The translations under genes were made by a program, and so were the position numbers. Below are positions 22,247 to 34,699 of a stretch of 64,000 nt of DNA, piece after piece (the first letter of the stretch is position 1; every line of letters starts with the position of its first letter). The DNA comes from Octopus sinensis. Lineage: Eukaryota. Under the pieces are notes generated by a model that saw only the letters and a list, made by a program, of their open reading frames with translations, had not been told where the DNA came from and made no database searches. The DNA lies in assembly GCF_006345805.1 (NCBI RefSeq), contig NC_043026.1:5952001-6016000 (forward strand), written 5' to 3'.

Positions 22247-23106
22247 TTATTTCTTTACTGCCCACAAGGGGCTAAACATAGAGGGGACAAACAAGGACAG
22301 ACAAACGGATTCTCGGCAGAATTTGAACTCAGAACGTAACGGCAGACGAAATACTTATTTCTTTACTACCCAGAAGGGGCTAAACACAGAGTAGACAAAC
22401 AAGGACAAACAGATTAAGTTGATTACATCAACCCCTGTGCATGACTGGTACTTAATTTATCGACTCTGAAAGGATGAAAGGCAAAGTCAACCTCGGCAGA
22501 ATTTGAACTCACAACGAAACGGCAGACGAAATACCTATTTCTTTACTACCCACAAGGGGCTAAACATAGAGGTGACAAACGGATTAAGTCGATTACATCA
22601 ACCCCTGTGCATGACTGGTACTTAATTTATCGACTCTGAAAGGATGAAAGGCAAAGTCAACCTCGGCGGAATTTGAACTCAGAACGTAACGGCAGACGAA
22701 TACCTATTTCTTTACTACCACAAGGGGCTAAACATAGAGGTGACAAACGGATTAAGTCGATTACATCACCCCTGTGCATGACTGGTACTTAATTTATCGA
22801 CTCTGAAAGGATGAAAGGCAAAGTCAACCTCGGCGGAATTTGAACTCAGAACGTAACGGCAGACGAAATACCTATTTCTTTACTACCCACAAGGGGCTAA
22901 ACATAGAGGTGACAAACAAGGACAGACAAACGGATTAAGTCGATTTCATCAACCCCAGTGCATGACTGGTACTTAATTTATCGACCTCGAAAGGATGAAA
23001 GGCAAAAGTCGACCTCGGCGGAATTTGAACTCAGAACGTCACGGCAGACGAAATACCGCTAAGCATTTTGCCTGGCGTGCTAACATTTCTGCCAGCTTGC
23101 TGCCTT
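22247..23106 (-). mobile_element. SINE B pentamer
   Basis: Five head-to-tail units with the same junction; full head only at 23056-23106. Confidence 0.85.
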
Positions 23107-24681
23107 TAAAGAATAAATATTCTTTTCTACTCTAGGCACAAGGCCCCAAATTTTGGGGGAAGGAGCCAGTTGATTATATTGACCCCAATATGCAACTGGT
23201 ACTTAATTTATCGACCCCGAAAGGATGAAAGGCAAAAGTCGACCTCGGCGGAATTTGAACTCAGAACGTCAAGGCAGACGAAATGCTGCTAAGCATTTCG
23301 CCCAGCGTCCTAACGTGTCAGCCAGCACCCAGCACATTCTGTTAAGATGTTTGGTGTTAGGAAGGGCATCCAGCTGTAAAGCCCTACCAAATCCCACACA
23401 GAAGTCTGATGCAGGCTCCTACCAGTCAGACTGTCCAACCCCTACCAGCGTGGAAGGTGGATGTTAAACAATGATGATGAAGGCCCATAGATACACATTT
23501 TTAGCGCCAACCCCAATGCTGTTGGTTTAAGATCCTCAGTTTTCCTTCAAGTGTCCCAGGAAAATGGTCTCAAACTGGGAGACCAGGCAGGGAGCCATGA
23601 ACATACCCTCATGTTTAACTGTAGAAATGAACGGATCAGCGAAGGTAAAGAATACACACCACCCGTTTTATGGGGTTAGGGTTACGCCAAAACCATGTGG
23701 GGTGCATATTATTTAATTCAACCAATGGGTCTTGCCCACATGTCTCTACATGTTTCAGTGTGACAGTCAAAAGATCTTGCCCACATGTCTCTACATGTTT
23801 CAGTGTACCGAAAAGCATCACTTTTGTGCGTTATCATTTACAGGCTTCACTCACTGGACTGCAGCCATGTTGGGGCAACCCCTGGGGGGGGGGGTTAGTC
23901 AAACAAATCAACTCCAGTAGGTATTTTTCAAGTCTGGTACTTTTTTGATCATTCTCTTTTGCCAAACGGCTAAATCAGGGGATGTAAACAAACCAACACC
24001 ACAAATTCTTTCACAGCCATTTTGTCAAACGAGCACAGTAGACTGAAATGATATTAACCAACTGCCCCACCTCCTTCTGCTTTCCTTTCAGGAGCAGTGT
24101 ATTTTGGACTACATTGCCAAATGTTCTCTCATTTCGATAGGTGCAGGCATGGCTGTGTGGTAAAATGTTCGCTTCCCAGCCACATGGATCCAGGTTCAGT
24201 CCCACTGCATGGCAACATCAACAAATGTATTTTACAATAGCCTCGAGCAAACCAAAGCCTTGTGAGAGGATTTAGCAAATGGAAACTGAAAGAAGCCCAT
24301 TGGATGTGTGTGTGAGTGTTTGTTCACCACCACCCCCACATCACAACTAGTTGGTTTTGTCTACGTCACTCTAACTTAGTGGTCCAGCAAAAGGGACTGA
24401 TAGAATAAATACCAAGATCAAAAAGTAAGTACTGAGGTCAATTCATATTAAAAATTCTTCAAGGTGGTGCTCCAGAATGGTCGCAGTCTGACTTAAATCC
24501 TTAAAAATGTTTCAGCCCGAAGGCCGCGGCCATGCTGGGGCACCACCGCTGAAAAAAGTTTAAAAAATAAAAGACATCTATATATATAAAACTGAGAATG
24601 TGTGTGTGTGTCTGTATGTGTGAATCCCTTTGGAATGGGGAAACTATGTGTGTGTGTGTGTATTATATATATATATGTATA

Positions 24682-25068
24682 CTAGCAGTATTGCCCAGCG
24701 TTGCTCGGGTTTGTTTCGACCCTTTAGAATTGGAATTTTTGAAAAGTAAAAATTCTGCATTATGTAGCTTGTTATTCTCTTTAAGTGAACATTTTCTGGT
24801 TGAAATACACCGGAAAATGGCGACACAGCAGTAAAAAAATCGTAAAAAATAGGGATTTTTCATAGAAAAAAAACACCTTTTTGATGTAAATAATTTTTGG
24901 TGTTAACATGGTCCAATTTGAATTTTTTCTTCTACGGAAGGAAGAGCAAGCCTTCTTCTATCATACTCTCAATTTTGGTCAACTTGCGCCACAGGGTCTC
25001 GGAGGAGATAGTGTTAGTTGAAGGCTACCAAACCTGCCATACACAGACAACTTCAGCTTTATATATAT
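24682..25068 (-). mobile_element. Non-autonomous Helitron, second copy; 5' end interrupted by SINE A
   Basis: Colinear with 8194-8630; same CTAG terminus. Confidence 0.72.
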
Positions 25069-25455
25069 TACTCTTTTACTTGTTTCAGTCATTTGACTGC
25101 GGCCATGCTGGAGCACCGCCTTTAGTCGAGCAAATCGACCCCGGGACTTATTCTTTGTAAGCCCAGTACTTATTCTATTGGTCTCTTTTGCCGAACTGCT
25201 AAGTGACGGGGACGTAAACACACCAGCATCGGTTGTCAAGCAATGCTAGGGGGACAAACACACACACATATATACATATATATACATTTATACGACAGGC
25301 TTCTTTCAGTTTCCGTCTACCAAATCCACTCCCAAGGCATTGGTTGGCCCGGGGCTATAGCAGAAGACACTTGCCCAAGATGCCACGCAGTGGGACTGAA
25401 CCCGGAACCATGTGGTTGGTTAGCATGCTACTTACCACACAGCCACTACTGCGCC
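25069..25455 (-). mobile_element. SINE A
   Basis: Full-length reverse match. Confidence 0.85.
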
Positions 25456-25495
<40 letters not shown>

Positions 25496-25715
25496 AAGTA
25501 TGGGGGTTTAGTTCACAGGTGATCTAAACAATTAGGTACGCTAGGTAAGTGCTGTAACAAATTACTGGGGCTCCAAGGTTATAGCCGATATATTCGTTAT
25601 GGAGCCATTGCAGATTTCTAAAGCAGCGGATATATAATTGCTAATGAGGACAAGAGACGTTAAGGCAAAGCAAATATCTCAAGTCATATACAATATTATC
25701 ACTGGGAAAAGTTCA

Positions 25716-25771
25716 GTCTTACAGCTGTTTCAGGGATATCCCGGAGTATGGGATATTCCATCTTCAGAGAC
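25716..25771 (-). ncRNA. Minimal hammerhead ribozyme motif (Penelope-type)
   Basis: Stem I GTCT/AGAC; CTGAAGA+T; 10-bp stem II GGAATATCCC/GGGATATCCC (1 mismatch); extra T; GAAA; palindrome ACAGCTGT; GUA site. Confidence 0.6.
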
Positions 25772-27934
25772 AAATAGACAAAACTAGGGAAAATGAGAAT
25801 GATTTATGTTGTCATCTCATTAATATATACCATTCTCATTTTCCTTATTTTTTGCCTTAATATTTGTTGCCCTCTTGGTAGACGGAAACTGAAAGAAGCC
25901 CATCGTATATATGCTTGTGTGTGTGTGCATGTATATATCTGTGTGTGTGTGTCTTTGTATCCATGTGTGTTCCCCTATCACGACAGGCGGTGATGGTGTG
26001 TCTATGCCCAGGTAACTTAGCAGTTCAGCAAAAGATTCCAACAGAATAAGTACCAGCCTTTAAAAAAAGGAAAAAAAAGTCCTGGGGTCAATTTGATCAA
26101 CTAAAAAAAAATACCCTTTGAGGCAGTGCTCCAGCATGGCCACAGTCAAATGACTGAAACAAGTAAAAGATAAAATACATACATATATATATATATATAG
26201 GCGCAGGAGTGGCTGTGTTGTAAGTAGCTTGTTTACCAACCACATGGTTCCGGGTTCAGTCCCACTGCGTGGCACCTTGGGCAAGTATCTTCTACTCCAG
26301 TCTCGAGCCGACCAAAGCCTTGCAAGTGAATTTGGTAGATGGAAACTGAAAGAAGCTTGTCGTATGTGCATGTATATATCTGTCTGAAAAAGAGGGATTT
26401 TCTACTCTTCTCCTCTGGAAGCCATCTGCTCGCGATACCAGAGGGTGCACACTCTCCTACCCTGATGTAATCTCCAGGAATACAGGCATCCAGCAACAGG
26501 ACCTCCGTAATGCCATGATGGACCGTGAAGTCTGGCGTAGCATGGTAAATTCCATTGTCTCGACCACGGTCGAACAATGATGAGGATATATCTGTCTGTG
26601 TGTGTGTGTGTGTTTTTGTATCCATGTGTGTTCCCTATCACCGCTGCTCGACAGTGATGGTGTGTCTACGCCCACGTAACTTAGCGGTTCAGCAAAAGAT
26701 ATCAATATATATATATATATATAGGCACAGGCATGGTTGTGTGGTAAGTAGCTTGCTTACCAACCACATGCGTGGCACCTTGGGCAAGTGTCATCTACTA
26801 TAGCCTCAGACCAACCACAGCCTTGTGAGTGGATTTGGTAGAGGGAAACTGAAAGAAGCCTGTCGTATATATATGACTGTGTATGTCTATGTCCCCGTAA
26901 CATAGCAGTTCGGCAAAAAGAGACCGATAGAATAAGTACTAGGCTTACAAAGAATAAGTCCTGGGGTCGATTTGTTTGACTAAAGGCGGTGCCCCAGCAT
27001 GGCCGCAGTCAAATGACTGAAAAGAATAAAAGAATATATATATACATTCATATATATACACACAAATATACATACAAAAGTATATATACATATATACACA
27101 CACATATAAACATATGTATACATATATACACGTACATACACATATATCTTTTATTTGTTTCATTTAGACTGCTGCCATGCTGGAGCAACACCTTTGAGTT
27201 TTAAGTCAAATGAATCGACTATTTTTCAGCTTAGTACTTTTCTATCAGTTCCTTTTGGCGAATTGCTAAGTTACATGGATGAACACATACAAACACTGGT
27301 TGTCAAGCAGTGGGTGGGGACAAACACAAACAATGAAACAAAGGCACACGCACAAATGAAGTGCTTCTTTCAGTTTCCCTCTACCAAATCCACTCAGAGG
27401 GCTTTTGGTTGGCCCGAGGCTATAGCAGAAGACACTTGCCCAAGGTGCCATGCAGTGGGACTGAACCCAGAACCATATGGTTGGGAAGCAAGCTTCTTAC
27501 ATAGAAGGTGGCGAGCTGGCAGAATCGTTAGCACACCAGGTGAAATGCTTAGCAGTATTTCATCTGTCTTCATGTTCTGAGTTCAAATTCCGCCGAGGTT
27601 GACTTTGTCTTTCATCCTTTCAGGGTCGATTAAATAAGTACCAGTTATACACTGGGGTTGATATAATCGACTTAATACCTTTGGCTATCCTTGTTTGTCC
27701 CCTCTGTGTTTAGCCCCTTGTGGGTAGTAAAGAAATAGGTATTTCGTCTGTTTTCACGTTCTGAGTTCAAATTCCACCGAAGTCAACTTTGCCTTTCATC
27801 CTTCCGGGGTCGATTAAATAAGTACCAGTTGTGCACTGGGGTTGATGTAATCAGGTTAATCCCTTTGTCTGTCCCTGTTTGTCCCCTATATGATTAGCCC
27901 CTTGTGGGCAATAAAAAATATACATAAACACATA

Positions 27935-28275
27935 CACAACATCATAAGCGGAAAGTGTAACCTCTCGAAAGAGCTGTTCTTCACTCCTGCTCCAGAGCGT
28001 CGGCTGCGGGGTCACTCAGAAAAGCTCTATCTGCGACGACTTCATCTCAATCGAAGGAGAAGGGCTTTCTCCGTCCGGGTTGCGGATCCGTGGAATAAGC
28101 TACCGGACGAGATAGTGAAGATGCCGATGACCACTCGGTTCAAGGTCTCTCTTGACCAGAAATGGCCTGAACTCTTTGCATGAACACCACCCTGTACATA
28201 ACTCCATGTCCCCCTACATGGCCTTGCTTTTTGCTTTTTGAGCCAAAAAATTAACTTAAATTAACTTAAACTTAA
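27935..28275 (+). mobile_element. CR1/L2-group LINE, shorter copy of the 6658-7136 family
   Basis: HNIISGKCNLSKELFF...PWNKLPDEIVKMP; same 3' UTR; TAACTTAAA-type tail. Confidence 0.88.
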
Positions 28276-29720
28276 ATGTAAATTCACACACACACACATA
28301 ACTAACATCTGCTAAGAAAGGACCCTAAACATTCATTGGACTCTGAAAATGGCTACAAAAATTCTTAGGTAAGGCATTTTATTGTTTCTAATGTACAACA
28401 AAATGACAATTAAACCAGTTTAATTAGTCTTTCTGATCACAGGTGCCCTTGTCTCAAAGTATTATTTACACCTGTGAATAGAATCCCTGAATGTCAACTA
28501 GTTTTAAGGTCTGTTGTATTATGTCTACAAAATATTCAATGAAATAGTAATGAATTCTGTTTAATGTGTCTTAGGGGTTATAAAACGTGAAATGGGGGTT
28601 TGTCAACTGAAGAATGCTTGTATTTTATCCTGATGTTTACAGGCATATTACATACCTTGGACAGATAGGTGTGTATATATATATATAGGTAGACAGATGA
28701 AGATAGATATATATATAAGGTAGATAGATAGACAGATATAGATAGATAGATAGATATAGATAGATAGATATAGATAGATATATAGATAGATAGATATACA
28801 GATATAGATAGATAGGTATATAGATAGATAGACAAATATAAATAGACAGATATAGATAGATGGATGGATGGATGGATAGACAGACAGGAAGATAGATAGA
28901 CAAATAGACACAGATGATAGGTACACAGACATATATACGCACGCATATACACATTTTACATGTTTGTTTGTGTATATATGAAAGAAATTCTGTGTATATA
29001 TATATATTACACACACATGTGTGCTTTGTGTAGCATTGTATATATAGAAAGTGTTTGTGACTCCTACAGTGTGCACATATATGCATGTGTGTGTGTATAT
29101 ATGTACACACATTCACACATATATATGTGTGTGTATATATATATATATATATGTCAAAAGCAACAAGGAAGTGTAAGCATTTATGACAATGTGTGTGTGT
29201 GCATGTAATGGTATATTTGTCAATGATTAACAAGATAAGTGGATGCGTTGTTTGTGAATGAATGCATGTCAGAGGGAGTGTGTGTGTGTGGGTCGCCTAT
29301 TTAATCTGATCTGTTGGTGATAATATCACTGTGTGTGTGTGTATGTATGTGTGTGTGAGAGAGAGAGAGCTTGTCAAAAACTGACAGGGTTTTGTGAATG
29401 AGTTTAGGCGGAGAATAATAGTATTGACGGAAGGGAAACGAAACACACACACACACACATATATATACATATATATATTTCTTTACTGCCCACAAGGGGC
29501 TAAACATAGAGGGGACAAACAAGGACAAATGAAGGGATTGAGTCGATTACATCGCCCCCCCCCCAGTGCGAAACTGGTACTTTATTTATCGACCCCGAAA
29601 GAATGAAAGGCAAAGTTGACCTAGGCGGAATTTGAACTCAGAACGTAGTGGTAAACGAAATACCGCTAAGCATTTCGCCCGGTGCGATAACGTTTCTGCC
29701 AGCTCGCCGCCTTATATATA

Positions 29721-30295
29721 TGATAGATATGCATATACATATATATACATACATATATATATATACACCCACAAACATATATACACACATATATATGATA
29801 GATATGCATATACATATATATACACCCACAAACATATATACACACATATATATGATAGATATGCATATACATATATATACACCCACAAACATATATACAC
29901 ACATATATGATAGATATGCATATACATATATATACATATATATATACACCCACAAACATATATACACACATATATATGATAGATATGCATATACATATAT
30001 ATACATATATATATACACCCACAAACATATATACACACATATATATGATAGATATGCATATACATATATATACATATATATATACACCCACAAACATATA
30101 TACACACATATATATGATAGATATGCATATACATATATATACATATATATATACACCCACAAACATATATACACACGTATATATGATAGATATGCATATA
30201 CATATATATACATATATATATACACCCACAAACATATATACACACGTATATATGATAGATATGCATATACATATATATACATATATATACACACA
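29721..30295. repeat. AT-rich minisatellite, 9 units, mostly 69 bp
   Basis: TGATAGATATGC anchors at 29721, 29796, 29853, 29908, 29977, 30046, 30115, 30184 and 30253. Confidence 0.9.
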
Positions 30296-30785
30296 TCACA
30301 CATATATTGAGAGAGAAAGACAGAGAGAGAGAGTGAGACGGAGTCTTTTACACAGTTCAGCTGGGGCACCGCTTTGCTTACAGAGCTTAATCAAAACAAA
30401 ATCTGCCCCAGTTCCTTCTTTTCTTGTTTTAAAGTTTAGTACTTATTCTATCGGTAACATTTTGTCGAACCACCACATCACGTGAACGTAAACACACCAA
30501 CACCAGACAACAGACAAGCACACGCACATACACACACACCGTTCTTCTTTCAGTTTCCCTCTACAGTATTCATAGGCTTTGGTCGGCCTGGGGTTATAGT
30601 AGACGGGACTTGTCCAAGGTGCTGCCCGGTGGGACCGAACCAAGAACCATGTTCTTGCAAATATACATTTTACATGCATTGGCTCACATTAATCTTTACG
30701 GATGTGAGTTCGTATCCCACGGACGGCCTTCAGTTTTATAGCCTTATCAACTTCGAGTTTCACAGTTAAGACGATTACATATATA

Positions 30786-30942
30786 GGAGTGGCTGTGTGG
30801 TAAGTAGCTTGCTTACCAACCACATGATTCCGGGTTCAGTCCCACTGCGTGGCACCTTGGGCAAGTGTCTTCTACTATAGCCTCGGGCCGACCAATGCCT
30901 TGTGAGTGGATTTGGTAGATGGAAACTGAAAGAAGCCCGTCG

Positions 30943-30973
<31 letters not shown>

Positions 30974-31195
30974 GCGTGTGTGTGTTTGTGTGTCTGTGTT
31001 TGTCCCCCTAGCATTGCTTGACAACTGATGCTGGTGTGTTTACGTCCCCGTCACTTAGCGGTTCGGCAAAGGAGACCGATAGAATAAGTACTGGGCTTAC
31101 AAAGAATAAGTCCCGGGGTCAATTTGCTCGACTAAAGGCGGTGCTCCAGCATGGCCGCAGTCAAATGACTGAAACAAGTAAAAGAGTAAAGAGTA
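30786..31195 (+). mobile_element. SINE A flanked by a 94-bp direct duplication
   Basis: Flanks 30692-30785 and 31198-31291. Confidence 0.85.
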
Positions 31196-33269
31196 TTATC
31201 TTTACGGATGTGAGTTCGTATCCCACGGACGGCCTTCAGTTTTATAGCCTTATCAACTTCGAGTTTCACAGTTAAAACGATTACATATATATACACATCC
31301 ACACACACACGTGTGCATATACACGAATACTGTTACTGTTTTATATCACTAAACTCAATGTCAATCCTGATCGTGTACAACTGTGATCAAAAGGCACTCT
31401 AGCCGTGACCATCCCGCCATTTAGAGTTATGTGGTACAACGTTATCTAATGTAGACTTTCCTTCTTTTTTTTCTAAGACAATCGCACGGGTCTTCTATTT
31501 CTAGCAGGCCGATCAAACCACGTGGAGAGACTCCCTTTGGGTGGTGTTTACTGTATATGAGAAACAAGTGCTACTTCACAAGCAAATGGTTACGGGTTCA
31601 AACCCAGTGCATGACACCTTGAGCAAGTGTTTTCAACTTTCAAGTCTCGGCCGACCAAATCCTTCTGAATGGACGTGTGTGTGTGGGGAGGGAAGGGTTT
31701 TTGTTTCTGTACTTGACTCCCCCACACACCACCACCACCACCTCGACAACCGGTGTTGGTGTGTTTACGTCCCCGTAACTTAGCGGTCCAGCAAAAGTGA
31801 CAGACAGACAGACCAATAAGTTCCAGGTTTAAAATAAGGGGTCGACTCCTTCAACTAAAAAATTCTTCAAAGTGGTGCCCCAGCATGGCCGCAGTCTAAT
31901 GACTGAAACAAGTAAAAGATAAAAGATGTGTGTGGGCGTAGGCCATAGTTAAGAAGCTTGTCTCCCAACCATAGGATCTTGGTTTCAGTCCCACTGCGTG
32001 GCACCTTGAGCAAGTATCTTCTATAATAACCCTTTGCAGAGATTTGGCAGAGAGGGAAACTATAAGACCATCGTATATGTGTGTCGGCTTCCACCACTGC
32101 TTGACAACCGATGTTGGTGTGTTTACGTCTATCGGTTCGGTAAAAAGAGACCGATAGCATAAAACAAATACTGAGATCGGGGGGGGAGAGGGGCGATTTT
32201 GTTCCGACTAAGAACTTTTCAAAAACAGTGCCCCAGCATGGCCGCAGTCCGATATATACGTAGCTGGATCTTGCATTTCTTATTTGTTTGTCACTTGACT
32301 GCGGCCATGCTGGGGCAACGCCTAGAAGAATATTCAGTCGAAGGAATCGAGCCCGGCATTTGATTTTCATTCATAAAACTGGTCAATCGGTTCCTTTTGT
32401 TGAACCGCTAGGTTAGGAGGACGTAACCACACCAACACCGGCTGGCAAGCGGTGTGGGTGGAGAAAGACAGTCACAGACACACACATTAAAAATATATAT
32501 ATATATATATATACACAGGTGGTAAAGAGTATGTACACCACCCGTTTTCGACATAACAGAAACCCTAACCCCTAACCCTAAACACCGGGTGTACCCATTC
32601 TTTATTTTCGCCTATTATAATTGTTCCTTATTTCTTTATTGCCCACAAGGGGCTAAACATAGAGGGGGCAAACAAGGACAGACAAATGGATTAAGTCGAT
32701 TATATCGATCCCAGTGCGTAACTGGTACTTATTTACACACACACACATATTCTTTTTTGTAAGCCCAGCACTTATTCTATCGGTCTCTTTTGCCGAACCG
32801 CTAAGTTACGGGGACATAAACACACCAGCATCGGTTGTCAAGAAATGCTAGGGGGACAAACACACACACATACATATATATATACGACAGGCTTCTTTCA
32901 GTTTCCATCTACCAAATCCACTCACAAGGCTTTGGTCGGCCGGAGGCTATGGTAGAAGACACCTGCCCAAGGTTGCCACGCAGTGGGACTGAACCCCGGA
33001 ACCATGTGGCCGGGGAGACAAGCGTCTTACCTACTACCACACAGCCACGCCTACGCAGATGAGTATGTATTTGAGGGGAGGGGCAGAGCAAATGAAAGTA
33101 AGATTCGACTCAGATGGTGAAGGGGGGGGTTAAGCATTTTAATAACAGGTTGATTCGGTTCCAGAACGGAGTTTTGGTGGCGCAGAAACACATCGACATC
33201 CTCAAATGTGCCAACTGGGATGCCGTAGACATAGACGAAAAAAATTGGAATGCAGAGCTGAGTCAACAT

Positions 33270-33308
<39 letters not shown>

Positions 33309-33360
33309 TACATGTGTGTATGTATATATATATATATGGGTACATGCGTGTATATATATA

Positions 33361-33493
33361 CAGGGTGTCCCCCCCAAAAATGTATACACACCTTAAATAA
33401 TTGTAAATTTGTTATTCTTTCTAAGCCTAGTACTTATTCTATCGTTCTCTTTTGCCGAACCACTGTGTGTATACATTTTTGGGGGACACCCTG
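33361..33493. mobile_element. Tc1/mariner-type MITE
   Basis: About 28-bp TIR CAGGGTGTCCCCC(C)AAAAATGTATACACA, flanked by TA on both sides. Confidence 0.75.
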
Positions 33494-33499
33494 TATATA

Positions 33500-34420
33500 T
33501 ATAGGTACATGTATGCACATCTATATACATACATACGTACATGTATATACATATATATATATATGCATACATAGGTAGACGTATGTATATATATATATAT
33601 ACATATACACATACGTACATATATATATATATACATATGTACATACAAACATACATACAAACATATACATACATATGTATATACAAACATACATACATAT
33701 ACATATGTACATAGACATTCGTACATACATACATATACATACATACATACATATACAATCAGACATACATACATACACGCACATACATACATATGCACAT
33801 ACAAACATATTTACATACATACATATATGTGTGTGTGTGTATACACAAACACGGTTGTGAGAGACCATACATGTGTTTGTATGCATACATACATACATAC
33901 ATGCATACATACATACATACATGCATACATACATACATACATACATACATGTATACATACATACATATATGTATACATACATGTATACATACATACATAC
34001 ATACATACCTACATATATACATACACACATACATACATATATACATACGTACATACATACATACATGCATACATACATACCTACATATATACATACATAC
34101 ATACATACATAAATACATACATACATGCATACATATATGCATACATACACGCATACATACATACATTCATACATACATACATATATACATACAACATACA
34201 TACATACATACGTACATACATATATACACGCATATACAAACACACACTCATGGCATATATGATTGTATACACAATAACAGAACGGAGTGCTTGTATAACA
34301 AATACATAAATATATATATATGTGTGTGTATATATATCTATGTTATGCAATATATATGCGTATATATATGTGTGTGTGAGTGTGTGTGTGTGTGTATGTC
34401 TGTGTGTGTGTGAGTGTGAG
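33500..34420. repeat. (TACA)n/(TA)n/(TG)n compound microsatellite
   Basis: Seen directly. Confidence 0.9.
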
Positions 34421-34473
34421 TGCAAGGCTCGCCGACTCCCCCTCACACTCCGGCCTAGCTCTGAGAAACCTAC

Positions 34474-34676
34474 CTGGCTATCGTGATGCACTTGGTGTTC
34501 GACTCCTGGGTGGTTATCGCCTTCTCCAGCTCGTCAATGCCTCCACATTTTTTCAGCTTCTTTACCAAGCTCTTCACCGCCTTTTCGGACCACTTATCTT
34601 CTTTTTCCGATTCTCCTTTCTTCCAACCTAACAAACGTTTCACTATCGGTGGCGTGAACGGTGACAACGAATTCAT
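34474..34676 (-). CDS. SMAD2/3: SMAD2/3-type R-Smad, first coding exon (N-terminal MH1); later exons not found in window
   Basis: Translates as [68 protein letters not shown], which matches the SMAD2/3 MH1 N-terminus. ATG at 34676; phase-2 donor AG|GTAGGT at 34474/34473. Confidence 0.95.
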
Positions 34677-34699
34677 GTCTCGCCTAATCTCGCTCCGCA

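Noticed and set aside
32555-32585. Telomere-like CCCTAA repeats (also about 23670 and 56915)
   Set aside because: Only 2-3 imperfect units within small repeat fragments; not an interstitial telomere.
28578-34413. Y/I/C/V/H/T-rich ORFs
   Set aside because: Artefacts of (TA)n/(CA)n/(TACA)n repeats.
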